Shown: one piece after another, positions 1 through 11,965 of the stretch
Numbering within the stretch: position 1 is the first letter of the stretch
Layout of the letters: each line of letters begins with the position of its first letter
Assembly: GCF_006345805.1 (NCBI RefSeq)
Contig: NC_043012.1
Span: 12,276,001 to 12,340,000, forward strand
Length of the DNA: 64,000 nt
Reading direction: 5' to 3'
From: Octopus sinensis
Lineage: Eukaryota
Notes under the pieces: model-generated
Database searches by the model: none
Seen by the model: only the letters and a program-made list of their open reading frames with translations
What the model was told of the DNA's origin: nothing
Translations under genes and position numbers: made by a program

Positions 1-630
1 GTGGGTCCTACCAATGAATCCTAGGACTCGAAGGAATAATTTATGCACACACACTCACTCACACGCAAATCTATATGCACATACAAGCACTCTTCAAATC
101 TGATGTGATTTATCGTTTGATATTTCTCACAAAAATAAAAAATCCGAATATATGCGATACTAGAAATTAAGTATAGATTTGGGAAAGGAAAATTGAAGTA
201 AAACCTCTTAAATGAAAAAAATATAGCACTGTATTTCAGAAGTAGTTATAATGAAGTATGCAACTTAATGTCTATATCTTTCCAATTTCATAAAACATAA
301 CATCGTGAAACATAGTTTTCTATAAACTACACGCCCTTGAGGTAATTTCTTTAGCTTCACAATGTCAATTGGTTGTCCTAGCAACGAAACAGTCATAATT
401 ATTCTGTTTTACGCAATACAATGAACTAGTATTCCAATGGTGTTTGAATTCATTATCGAGTGTAAATTACCGAAAGGTAATTACTATAGTATTTTTTTTC
501 TTTAGTTCACAATTCACATGATATGTATGCCTGTGGATTGTATGAAAAGTTTTGAGCTTTCAAGGCATTGAGCCTTGAAGTCTTGTACAATGTTTTTTTT
601 TGGAGGCTGAAGACTTTTCATATACTCCTA

Positions 631-667
<37 letters not shown>

Positions 668-706
668 ACATCATATATAATATACATATATATATATATA
701 TATGTA

Positions 707-737
<31 letters not shown>

Positions 738-757
738 TATAATATATATATATATAT

Positions 758-881
758 AACAATTGCAGCGTGAAGGTGTTTATAAGCCATTTAACAAATC
801 AAATTTAAATGTTGACGTGAATCTAACGGTTTTTTGTGTTTTCTTAAATGGCTTATAAACACCTTCTACGCTGCAATTGTT
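758..881. repeat. 37-bp inverted repeat in a (TA)n-embedded element
   Basis: AACAATTGCAGCGT-GAAGGTGTTTATAAGCCATTTAA (758-794) matches the reverse complement of 844-881 with a single 1-nt indel. Confidence 0.92.
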
Positions 882-939
882 TTTCATTCAGCACACGATC
901 TCAGATCAAGTCACTCGCTATGCAAGTACATCTCCGTAA

Positions 940-1021
<82 letters not shown>

Positions 1022-1361
1022 TTACACACATACACAAAATGGTTTCAGTTATTATACAACAGCCGTGGTGGAGTGAAGCCTCGAAGAATTTTACTCGAAG
1101 GCATTGACCCAAGTACTTAATATTTTGAAGGCTCGCTCTTATTTCATCGGCATCTTATGCCGAACCGCAAAATTACAAGGATGTAAAAACATCAATACGT
1201 GTTGTCAAATGGTAGGTGTGGGCAAATACAGACACAAAATATACTTGAATCTACATACAGTCACATATACATACATACATAAATACACACATGTATACGA
1301 CGGACTACATTTATACGACGCTGCCTATGAGCAAAGAAGTTTTAGCGTTGATTATTTATTA

Positions 1362-1733
1362 CGAGCAAAACGCCCCCCACCCCCGTACAATGGACGGTGC
1401 TGAGTTGTCAAACACTTAAACCAAATTTTCTCAACACAACTTGTCCGACCGTCTCATAGGCATTCCCATTGAAAAACACTGATTTAACCTAAATTTGAGA
1501 CACAAGCAAAATACGGATTTCCACTGGTGTACTTGCGCGTATAAATGCACGTTCCCATGGCTTTATCGATCAGATTCTCACCTGGAATCGATTTTTGTAA
1601 TTTTTCAAGATTTATACACGCCCTGATACCGTCGCCATCTACATATCAAATTTGAGCGCAATCGGATGGGGTATGCCCGAGATCCTAGAAGACACACACA
1701 CACAGACAGACAGAACGGATTTTATATAATAGA
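1362..1733 (-). mobile_element. Non-autonomous Helitron-like element, copy 1
   Basis: Minus strand begins A|TCTATTATATAAAATCC, has a (CTGT)n subterminal repeat, and ends with hairpin CCGTcCA-T-TGtACGG then CTCG|T. A-T insertion site with no TSD. Homologous to 38885-39251. Confidence 0.72.
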
Positions 1734-2290
1734 TAATTATATCATCCAATACGTCCCTCTATCGTAGGGTGAAATTTAACGAAGATACAGTTGCTATTTC
1801 TAGCAGGTCAAGGTGCGTTTAACAGCTTCACTATATACCTTTAGGCTTTCATCATACGTTATTTTCACGACCGAAAGAGGAAATCCTAATCTAAATGTTT
1901 AATCCAGTCACCAAAGACAAACTAAATAAACAAGCGAATGTAACGGGAAGAAGATTGAAAGCATTAACAAACGTTTTAGTATATTATGGCTATCAACACG
2001 ATTACAGGGACCAATTAATTGCTTTTGATATTGACAGGATATTCTAATCGGACATTTGTCCATTGTTGCAGTGAATATGAGGATAATAGTTGAGAACACT
2101 GAACTACTGCGAACGTTTAGACCAAAAGTAATTAATTGACGAAAGTAGAAAGAAACCAACTTAAAGAAACGAAACTAAGGAGAGTAAATTAATTATTTGT
2201 GAACGAATGGACAGTTTAATGGGGAGGCTGTAAGTAAAGAGTTTGGCGAATCGATCGGTTTTATTCTTACTGTTTATAGAAAGACTTGCA

Positions 2291-2406
2291 GAAGAGGTGG
2301 ATCTGACAGAGCGAGAGAGACATAAGGCAGAGTGACAGGAAACTGCCTGTAGATTAACTTACACATTCATTACCACTTCAGCACATGTACACATACACAC
2401 ACACAA

Positions 2407-2486
<80 letters not shown>

Positions 2487-2573
2487 ATTCGTGCGTTGGC
2501 ACAGCACACGACACTCTCGGACACTGAGTCACTTTGTTGCTTCTGATATATATATATATATATATATAATATA

Positions 2574-2617
<44 letters not shown>

Positions 2618-2732
2618 TGTGTGTGTGTGTGTTTACAGGTGGTGAAGTGGTAATAAATGTGTAAGTTAATCTACAGGGAGTTTCCTGTCACTCTGCCTTA
2701 TGTCTTTCACACTCTGTTAGATACACCTCTTC
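2291..2732. repeat. Inverted repeat with ~100-bp unique arms extended by complementary (CA)n/(TG)n and (TA)n
   Basis: 2291-2392 is the reverse complement of 2630-2732 (e.g. AGACATAAGGCAGAGTGACAGGAAACT / AGTTTCCTGTCACTCTGCCTTATGTCT). Confidence 0.93.
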
Positions 2733-2817
2733 GCCACTAATCTGAATAGTTAGGGTATACAGATCGTTGGATTTGAATGTGCTTCCAACGGTATGTACAG
2801 CTCGGATTACAAAGGGT

Positions 2818-2892
2818 TCCTGCTGACGATTCTGGCCTTGGCAGATAAATTCTATTCATTTGCTAAAAAAAAGATGAAACCGCAGTACAGGA
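2818..2892 (+). ncRNA. Type I hammerhead ribozyme motif (Penelope/retrozyme-type)
   Basis: TCCTG-CTGACGA-(T)TCT...AGA(T)-GAAA-CCGCA-GTA-CAGGA: 5-bp stem I, intact core, near-palindromic stem III and GUA cleavage triplet. The first stem II pair is mismatched. Confidence 0.7.
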
Positions 2893-3019
2893 TTAGCTGA
2901 GATGTTAAACGTTTTTGATTTTCATTCCATTTCATGAATTTATCCCCTTTTTGTGTATCTAGCACTCGCTTCTTTATTTAGAGGCCTTTTAATGTATATA
3001 TATATATATATATACATGT

Positions 3020-3107
<88 letters not shown>

Positions 3108-3111
3108 GCAT

Positions 3112-3145
<34 letters not shown>

Positions 3146-4389
3146 CCCAATTTAGCTTAGTTGAAATATGTTTCTCACATATTTCAACTGTTAAAGGTAA
3201 ATACACTGCAGTTACCATGGAGAAAAATCTTTCTTACGGTAAAAAGGTGTGAAAATACCCAATTCCTTCAGTGTCACCCTTTCTCAGGAATCTCAGACAT
3301 CGTGGTTACGAGTCTCTTAACTCTTCTCAATGAGATGTACGTAAGAGATGTTTCTTTTTTACGATAATTGTATAACATACGATAATTGTATAACCTTGAG
3401 CATGCCGGTGACACAGACAATCCATGCCTCGACAATTTGTAAGGCACTCCTATAGCACTGCGAGGTCAGGGATTTCTGGTAGTTATCCAGGTACCCCGAC
3501 CTGAAAGTTTTTTGAAACAGGTTGGCTAGCTGGCCCTCCTCGAGCCCCAGAGATTGTCCAGGTCACGCGCATTTACACACCCTAGCTAAATGACTGGCCA
3601 GAGATTAACAGCAGTTCAAATTTCGACAGGTACAACAAATAGTGCAATAACGAAGAAACATTAGGTAATAGCAGATAGAACTCACAAACAAGCAGCAGTC
3701 AAATGATGTACGTACGAGATGATTCTTTATTTCGGTAATTATATATCATACATAGATGGGACAAAACAAGACGTTACAAACAAATGGTGCATTTGTAAGT
3801 TCTTGTTACAGTGGTTTTAAAGATATGATGATGAAAGTTATATTTTTAAAATTTACAAGTTTTGCAAGTTTACACTTAGCCATGAAGTCCAACGGCTACA
3901 CCATACTTTTTTCTACCATGGATGAGATTACGTAGGGTCATTCATACCAAACTTCCTTGCCACATCCTTCCATTTTTTCCGAATAACAACCATCTATATC
4001 TAGTGACCTAAAGTCGTCCAGGAGACAGTTTGATTCTTTGTCTGACATTATTATTCTGAATATTTACTTCGCTACTCTGATTCTAAGAGCTTTCTTGAAA
4101 TTTCCATTTTACTTTTACATTATATGTTGCTATAATTGTGCATCATGTTCGCTCTTGCAACAAACCATGCCGAACTTATGTTTGTTTATTGGAAAATATT
4201 TTTCTATTGCTATATTTGGGAAAATTATAATTTATTTCTTTGCCAAATTTAACCATAATGTATTTAGAGTTAAAATTTTTATCGTGAAGTTTATACTAGT
4301 TTTTCAAAGAAGTATTCTTACTTAGCGTTTATTTTAGCTTTAAGTGACTTAGTTGTTTTTCTATATAATATATATATATATATATATTC

Positions 4390-4592
4390 TTTTACCTGTG
4401 TCAATCATTGGACTGCGGCCATGAAGGAGCACCGTCTTGGCGGGTTCTAGTCGAACAAATCAATCTTATGAATTAATTTTTAAACCTAGTACTTATTATA
4501 TCGGTCTCTTTTGCCGAACCGCTAGGTTACGGGGATTTAAACACACCAACACCAGTTGTCAAGTGATGATGAGGGAACAAGGACAGACACAG

Positions 4593-4641
<49 letters not shown>

Positions 4642-4806
4642 AGGCGGGCATCTTTCTATTTCTGTGTACCAAATCAGCTTACAAGGCTTTACTCCCTCCG
4701 AGGTTATAGTATAAGACACTTGCCCAAGGTGACAGGCTGTGGGACTGAATCTGGAAGCATGTGGTTGGGAAGCAAGCTTCTTACAACAGTGCCGCGCCTG
4801 CGCCTA
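4390..4806 (-). mobile_element. SINE family A copy
   Basis: Reverse-complement match to 35949-36371. Confidence 0.8.
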
Positions 4807-6173
4807 TACATACTGAAAGTCGAGATCGAGTGAGCTTTTGCCCTTTTGCTCTTTAATGTCAGGAGATTTCCTTGTCTTGAAAAACACATGGCATTGTGTA
4901 TATTTAGCAGCTGCTTTTAAGCATCCGCAACATTTCGTATATTTTACCGAGAGCTGCGGTAGGTTGGCGCAGTAAAGCGTAACGTTGCGGCCGATACATC
5001 ACAGACAGTTGAGCAATTTGTTGCTGGTAAACAACTCATATCTGTTTGAAATCTAGTAACATGCACTCGTTCTGGTTTTTTGAAAGCAAATGTGCACATC
5101 GATCGATGCCCTTCTCTTGGTGCAAAACAGAATACATCTTAGATTTTGACAAGTTTGCAAAACCATGTCTTTTGATTTACACATTAGTTTCTCTTCTAAT
5201 TTATCTTTGCCTATCGCAACTATTTCGCTAAATCCTATCAACTCTACTCTAATCACCCCTCCGAGTATTCAACCACTAGTTGTTGACAGTTATCTCCTAA
5301 AATGCTGGATAACTAACTCTCTCGACAGCGTCTATAAGTCATATCTAATCCGACCGTCCAGATCTTTTTACCTCACACTTACCTCTAAGGAATACTGAAT
5401 CTAGACACGACCTCAAAAACATATGCGATTATTCTATTTCTACACTGGTGCATTTGGGATATCCATTTACTACCTGTCAATTGAAACTGTTTGAAAAGGT
5501 TTGCAAGAATATTTGAATCTTATATCGGCTAAAATTACAAAATCCCAGTGCGTGTGTAAAATATCGTTCCAGTCTCCCACGCGTACGAAAGAACAGTGCT
5601 TTTCTAAAAACGCTTTTAGACATCTGAAGAAAAGCAACCACTTTTTCTTCATTGGAGCATAACTAAGACAACAACAACCTAGCTTGATACACTCGATTGG
5701 AAACAAAAAAAATAAGAACATAAAAAAGAAAACAAACTATTATAAATCAGTTAACGGACTGACACTATAGTTGTGTCTCCTCTCCCCACTCTCTCGTCAT
5801 GAGTAAAGTCTTAGAAATATGTAGCCCTGGAATCTCGTATGAATAACTATGTTCTTTTATCAATATTCTGTAGGTTATTTAATCTAAATATATTTGTGCA
5901 TGATAGCACATGTTTCACTGAATGTATTATTTTTTATTGATTCGTGAATGCATTTCTGCATAACATTTTGTGAATGCACATATGATTTTATAGTTATGTA
6001 TTTTGAGAGTTTTATTGCACAAACGCCTCCGCACATGCAGATTCCGTAAAATATGCAGGCGCATAGATTCACATTAAAAAATACACTGATTTGCATATGT
6101 GTATAAAACATTTTATATATATTCATCCGTCTCTTCTTCACACTCCTCTTCCGCTCTCTATGCACATGCATGG

Positions 6174-6192
6174 ATGTATGTATGTATGTTTG

Positions 6193-6226
<34 letters not shown>

Positions 6227-6232
6227 TGGATG

Positions 6233-6267
<35 letters not shown>

Positions 6268-6436
6268 TTATGTCTGTATGTATGTATGTATGTATGTATG
6301 TATGTACGTATATATGTATGTATGTATGTATGTCTGTTTGTCTGTATGTATGTATGTATGTATGTATGTATGTGTGTATGTATGTATGTCTGTATGTATG
6401 TCTGTATGTATGTATGTCTGTATGTATGTATGTATG

Positions 6437-6470
<34 letters not shown>

Positions 6471-6525
6471 TGTATGTGTGTATGTATGTGTGTGTGTATA
6501 TGTCTATGTATGTATATATACATAT
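6174..6525 (+). repeat. Compound (TATG)n microsatellite, representative of dozens of (TA)n/(CA)n/(TACA)n/(TATC)n tracts
   Basis: Directly visible; it produces spurious YVCM/HTYI ORFs. Confidence 0.97.
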
Positions 6526-7380
6526 ATCGCTGTATATGTGCATTTATGTGTGTACGTATATGTAAGTCTATATGTATATATTCATCTATTCAATTATACT
6601 CATATGCGTCTCAGCTCAACAGTTTTGGCCATGCTGGGGCACCGTCGATGGCCATTCTTTTGGGATTGTATTATGGTGAAGAAGAGAGTATGATATTATT
6701 GCCAAATTTTGAGTTTCTTAACGTGCTGTAAACTCACCTGTCTGCCTGTATGAGCACCGCCTTTAGTCGAAGAAATCGACCAAGGACTTATTCCTTGTAA
6801 GCCTTGTACTTATTCTACCGGTCTGTTTTGCCGAAACGCTAAGTTACAGAGACGTAAATACACCAACATTGGTTATCAAGCGATGGTAGGGAAACAAACG
6901 CAGGCATACAAACATACACACAGACATAGAGAGAGAGAAGAGAAAGAGAAAGAGAGAAAGAGGGATAGATAGACAAATAGATAGATAGATTCATAGATAG
7001 ATAGATTCATAGATACATAGATAGATATATGAACATATATGTACAAATATAGATATATATGTATGTATATGAACACACATAGTAGCAAAATGTACAATTT
7101 GGAGAAAACTCAAGCCTGTTATGTAACCTGATGAGGTTTCCTTTCCACTATGGGGTGCATTCAATTGATTTCTTTGTCGTTCCCCGACCATTACAGAGCA
7201 CTGCTGAAGTTAGCTCAAACAATTGTTGGGCGTAACAAAGCTTCCAGTGCATTCTGTCTTCGGAAACGATTATTTAAAATATACGTACGCACACACATAG
7301 ACACACACAAGCAGACACATATCTATATATATATATGGATGGAAGGATGGATGGATGGATGGATGTACATACATACATGT

Positions 7381-7417
<37 letters not shown>

Positions 7418-7870
7418 CATGTATGTATGTATGTATGTATAAACTCCCAAGGCATTCCGGAACGAGAATCATTCGCATGTTTTGCTTTTCTGGCTTCATA
7501 TCTTATGCAGCTTATTACAACGTGCTCTCATTTTGAACGTTGTATGACATGGTTTGATTTGACATGCTTTTTGAGACCATAATGGTTTCACGTTCAAATA
7601 AAAGCATACTCATTCACTCCCATACTTTGCTCGCTGATTTTAGTACTGTACTTGTCCTTTGCAGACATTCGTATGTGTGTATAAGCACCTATATTCCTAC
7701 GTATATGTATATATGCCTACATACATACCTACATATATATGTGAATATATGTGCGTCTGCATATATATATATATATATTATATATATATATATACATCTG
7801 TGTGTGTGTGTGTGTGCTTGCATACTTGTATGCAGAGGCGGCTTGCGTTTGTATGCATATATATATATAT

Positions 7871-7916
<46 letters not shown>

Positions 7917-8023
7917 GAAAAATAACGACTACTTGCACGTCAATAGCAGAAAACATCGCCATCACTATTTCACAAATGCACCACACCACCATCACCACCA
8001 CTGCACCACCAATATTACAATAT

Positions 8024-8024
8024 A

Positions 8025-8069
<45 letters not shown>

Positions 8070-8076
8070 GCTGCTG

Positions 8077-8116
<40 letters not shown>

Positions 8117-8415
8117 TACTACTACTACTACTACTACCACTACTACTACTACTATTACTGCTGCTGTTAATACTGTACTACAGCAACAATAACAACAACA
8201 ACAACTACTACTACTATTATTACTACTACTAACATCATCGAAATTGCTGATGCTGCTGAAACAAGCATTACTAGTAAGGGATCTTTTGATGATGATGACG
8301 ATAGAGACGATTTGTCGACAGCTATGATGATGATAATAATGATGATGATGATGATGATGATGATAGTGTTGATGATGCCAATGAGGTTGATGATGATGAT
8401 GTAGACAATAATAAC
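8024..8415 (+). repeat. Compound trinucleotide tract (TAC)n/(CAA)n/(GAT)n
   Basis: Directly visible. A similar (CTA)n(ATA)n tract lies at 60820-60912. Confidence 0.95.
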
Positions 8416-8870
8416 GATGCAGTTGATAGCAACCGAGATTTTATTCCCCCTATTATCATATTTAGCATAATTCCAATTTTTATTTTTTTGAAAATTTTTC
8501 CTTATCTTTAAGACTTTTTCTCTCATTTTAAAATGTTTACATTTATTCTATTTTTTTTACAATATTAGCTTATATATTCATATATTTTTGTGGTTCTTCT
8601 TTAATCTCTGTCATAAATTTTAGTCACCCAGATACGCACACATACACAAACACACACAAAAATCACAGAAACACACGCATAAACACACACATATATGTAC
8701 GTAGAAACGTAGTACTTCTAAAATAAATCACAATGAAATTCATATTGAGAACCATTTATCTTATAAGTCTATTCCACCAACTAGCAATGACGCATACTTA
8801 TTTATGCGAAGTCTTTTAATGTACAGATGAAAGCATACGAAAGTACACATACACAGACACATAGCAACTT

Positions 8871-8950
<80 letters not shown>

Positions 8951-9123
8951 CCTGGTTGTCTATCTATCTATATGTGACTCTCTCACTCTGCATATATACA
9001 CACACACACATATATATATGTATATAACTATACACATACACACACACACACACATATATATATATATGCTTACATACATACATACATATATATATATATA
9101 CATACATACATATATATATATAT

Positions 9124-9156
<33 letters not shown>

Positions 9157-9207
9157 CATACATACATACATACATACATACAACATACATACATACATAC
9201 ATACATA

Positions 9208-9432
9208 TATGGATATTGCTCTTAGCTTATTTTTCTTTGGGGCTGGCCAGATTGGAGCAATCTCGAGTATAACCAGCCGAAATTGCAAAGATAATCTGGA
9301 ACTCGATTAAGGATAGAAATCTCCGAATGATCTATCCTTGTTTTCATTGTATCGTCTGTCTGGATATTTTGTTTTCACCTCTTTTTGTTTCACCTCACTG
9401 TCTGGATGTTTTGCGTTCTTGTACCATTTTTG

Positions 9433-9437
<5 letters not shown>
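9208..9437 (+). mobile_element. Interspersed repeat (probable PLE-derived), copy 1
   Basis: Reverse-complement similarity to 37085-37385 (GGCTGGCCAgATTGGAGCAATCTCgAG...CAGCCGAAATTGC; TCTGGATGTTTTGCGTTCTT). Abuts (TA)n. Confidence 0.6.
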
Positions 9438-9494
<57 letters not shown>

Positions 9495-10285
9495 GCGGTA
9501 GTGGGAGACTAACTCAACCACAATGACACACACGCACACACATGTAGATACACACACATATAAGATGAGATTCTTGTAGTTTCTGTGTTCCAATTCAGTA
9601 AGAAGTCTCTTGTCAAATATTAACAGTAACATAGTTATGTTTTGCCACTTCAGAAAAGTATCTATGAGTAATTACCAGAGTCTTTTTAATTAGTTTGTTT
9701 AATTTATTTAGTTTATTTAGTTTATTTAGTTTGTTTGTTATAGCTCAGACTTGCAAAGAACACTTCATACTAAAAAAAAAAGTACTCTCAAGAGCAGTTC
9801 TCGAACTTGTGTAAATCTTAGATCTCTGAATCTTTGCTCAATTTCTCACGGTTAGCAATGAAGGTAACACGCAATGCTCACTCAAACTACAGGAAAATAT
9901 AACCAAGTCCCCTTCAAATTCCTTACTAGCAACATTGAAAAGGAAGAACGATTTCAGTTATAGTGTGTCAGAGGCACACTATGTCTACAAAAGGTGGAGA
10001 ATCACGATTCAAATGGCATGAATCTATTTCATTAGAACTAATCTGAAGCAAAATATTTAAGATTTAAGATTTAAGTGATAACAACCTAAATAAATGCTGG
10101 AAAGAACTATCAGAGATAGTGCTGAAAAACTGTTTAGAAAAATATGGCACAGAAGAAAGATATATCATATATTAATAAGGTTGTTCAGGAAAAAAAGGGG
10201 GAAAAGCAATAGACGAGAATGCGTTTAGGAGAGAAGTACTTTGGCAGAAAATGAAAAGTTCAGAAAGGAAAAGTACATACATAAT

Positions 10286-10316
<31 letters not shown>

Positions 10317-10373
10317 ATATATATATACATATACATATATTCTAACATATACACATGTATATGTATGTAATAT

Positions 10374-10437
<64 letters not shown>

Positions 10438-10754
10438 TCCAAACAAGAAAACACAAGAACACAAAAAAGCACAACAACGCGAGGACGTGGAACAAGTAAA
10501 ATATTATTGGACGCTCAGGAAAGAAGGGAAGACAGAGGAAAAACAAATCACCAGCGGTACTCACGAGGTCACATATTGTATATATACACACATATATGTG
10601 GACTTTAAGGGTACATATGGTGCATATGTACACATAAATATTACCTTTTATTACCTTTCTGTGCCGTGTTTCACTCCCTGTACACACACATACGCATACA
10701 ACACCTCTCACACACTCACACACACACACGCACACACACACACACACACACACA

Positions 10755-10969
10755 TAAGGGGCTACACACAGAGAGGACAAAGAAGGACAGACAAACAGAT
10801 TAAGTCAATTATATCGACCCCAGTGCGTAACGGGTAATTAATTTATCGACCCCGAAAGGATGAAAGGCAAAGTCGACCTTGGCGGAATTTGAACCCAGAA
10901 CGTAACGACAGACGAAATACCGCTAAGTATTACGCCCGGCGTACTAACGTTTCTGCCAGCTCGCCGCCT
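10755..10969 (-). mobile_element. tRNA-derived SINE family C
   Basis: Head GGCGGCGAGCTGGCAGAA...GGTTCAAATTCC and core GGTCGACTTTGCCTTTCATCCTTTCGGGGTCGATAAAT, repeated elsewhere in the window. Confidence 0.85.
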
Positions 10970-11417
10970 TCTATTTATATATCCTTTCTTGTGTACCTCT
11001 TTCACGCTCTCTTTCTCTGTCTCACGCAGAAATGGACGCACACAAAGAAACACAGATTTTGTCTACTTTACAATCTACATAATTTCATAACCTGACCACT
11101 TCAATACCATAACTCTAAAATTTCTTTTTACCGCTCCAAATCTTTGAAATTTTCCTTCACATTGTCCAAGATTCACGTTCCTATGCTACTCCAAATTACA
11201 ACAATATCGATATAAATTCATTATTCCACATCATATATACGGATGATTGAAATGAACCTTCGGTTTTATAATCTCGATTGTTTGAAGACAATAGAAAAAA
11301 ATAATAATGGATGCCAGTGTATACAATAAACAAGATTGGTTTCGCCTGTTGTCATAGCAACATGAAAGGGTATCAATGAAATGTGATTTGACAAAAAGCA
11401 AGCAATACAGTCACTAA

Positions 11418-11461
<44 letters not shown>

Positions 11462-11526
11462 TACCCATATACATATATATATAAATTTCTATGTATTGGG
11501 TATGTATATATATGTATGTATGTGCG

Positions 11527-11568
<42 letters not shown>

Positions 11569-11924
11569 TATATATATATATAATATATATATATATACAT
11601 ATGCGTATATATATATAAAATCAGAAACCAATTCATGCCTTTCATGAACATACGTGACTTTTCACAGACACTGTAACATACATACATACATACATACATA
11701 CATACATACATACATACATACATACATACGTACATACATACGTACATATATACATACATACGTACATACATACATACATAAATATATAAATTTACCAACA
11801 CTAATTCATGCAAAGACACGTATATGCAGATATATGTAAATATGAATTCATTAGTGATGTATAATCGTATATACATACATATGTGTGTGTGAATGTGTAT
11901 GTGTGCGTGCGTGTGTATGCATAC

Positions 11925-11965
<41 letters not shown>

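Noticed and set aside
7128-7270. CTGATGA-GGTTTCC...GGAAAC, a possible hammerhead (similar partial hits at 29073, 35552, 37705-37745, 63497)
   Set aside because: GAAA, stem III, cleavage triplet or stem I is missing or unpaired; cannot be distinguished from chance or heavy decay.
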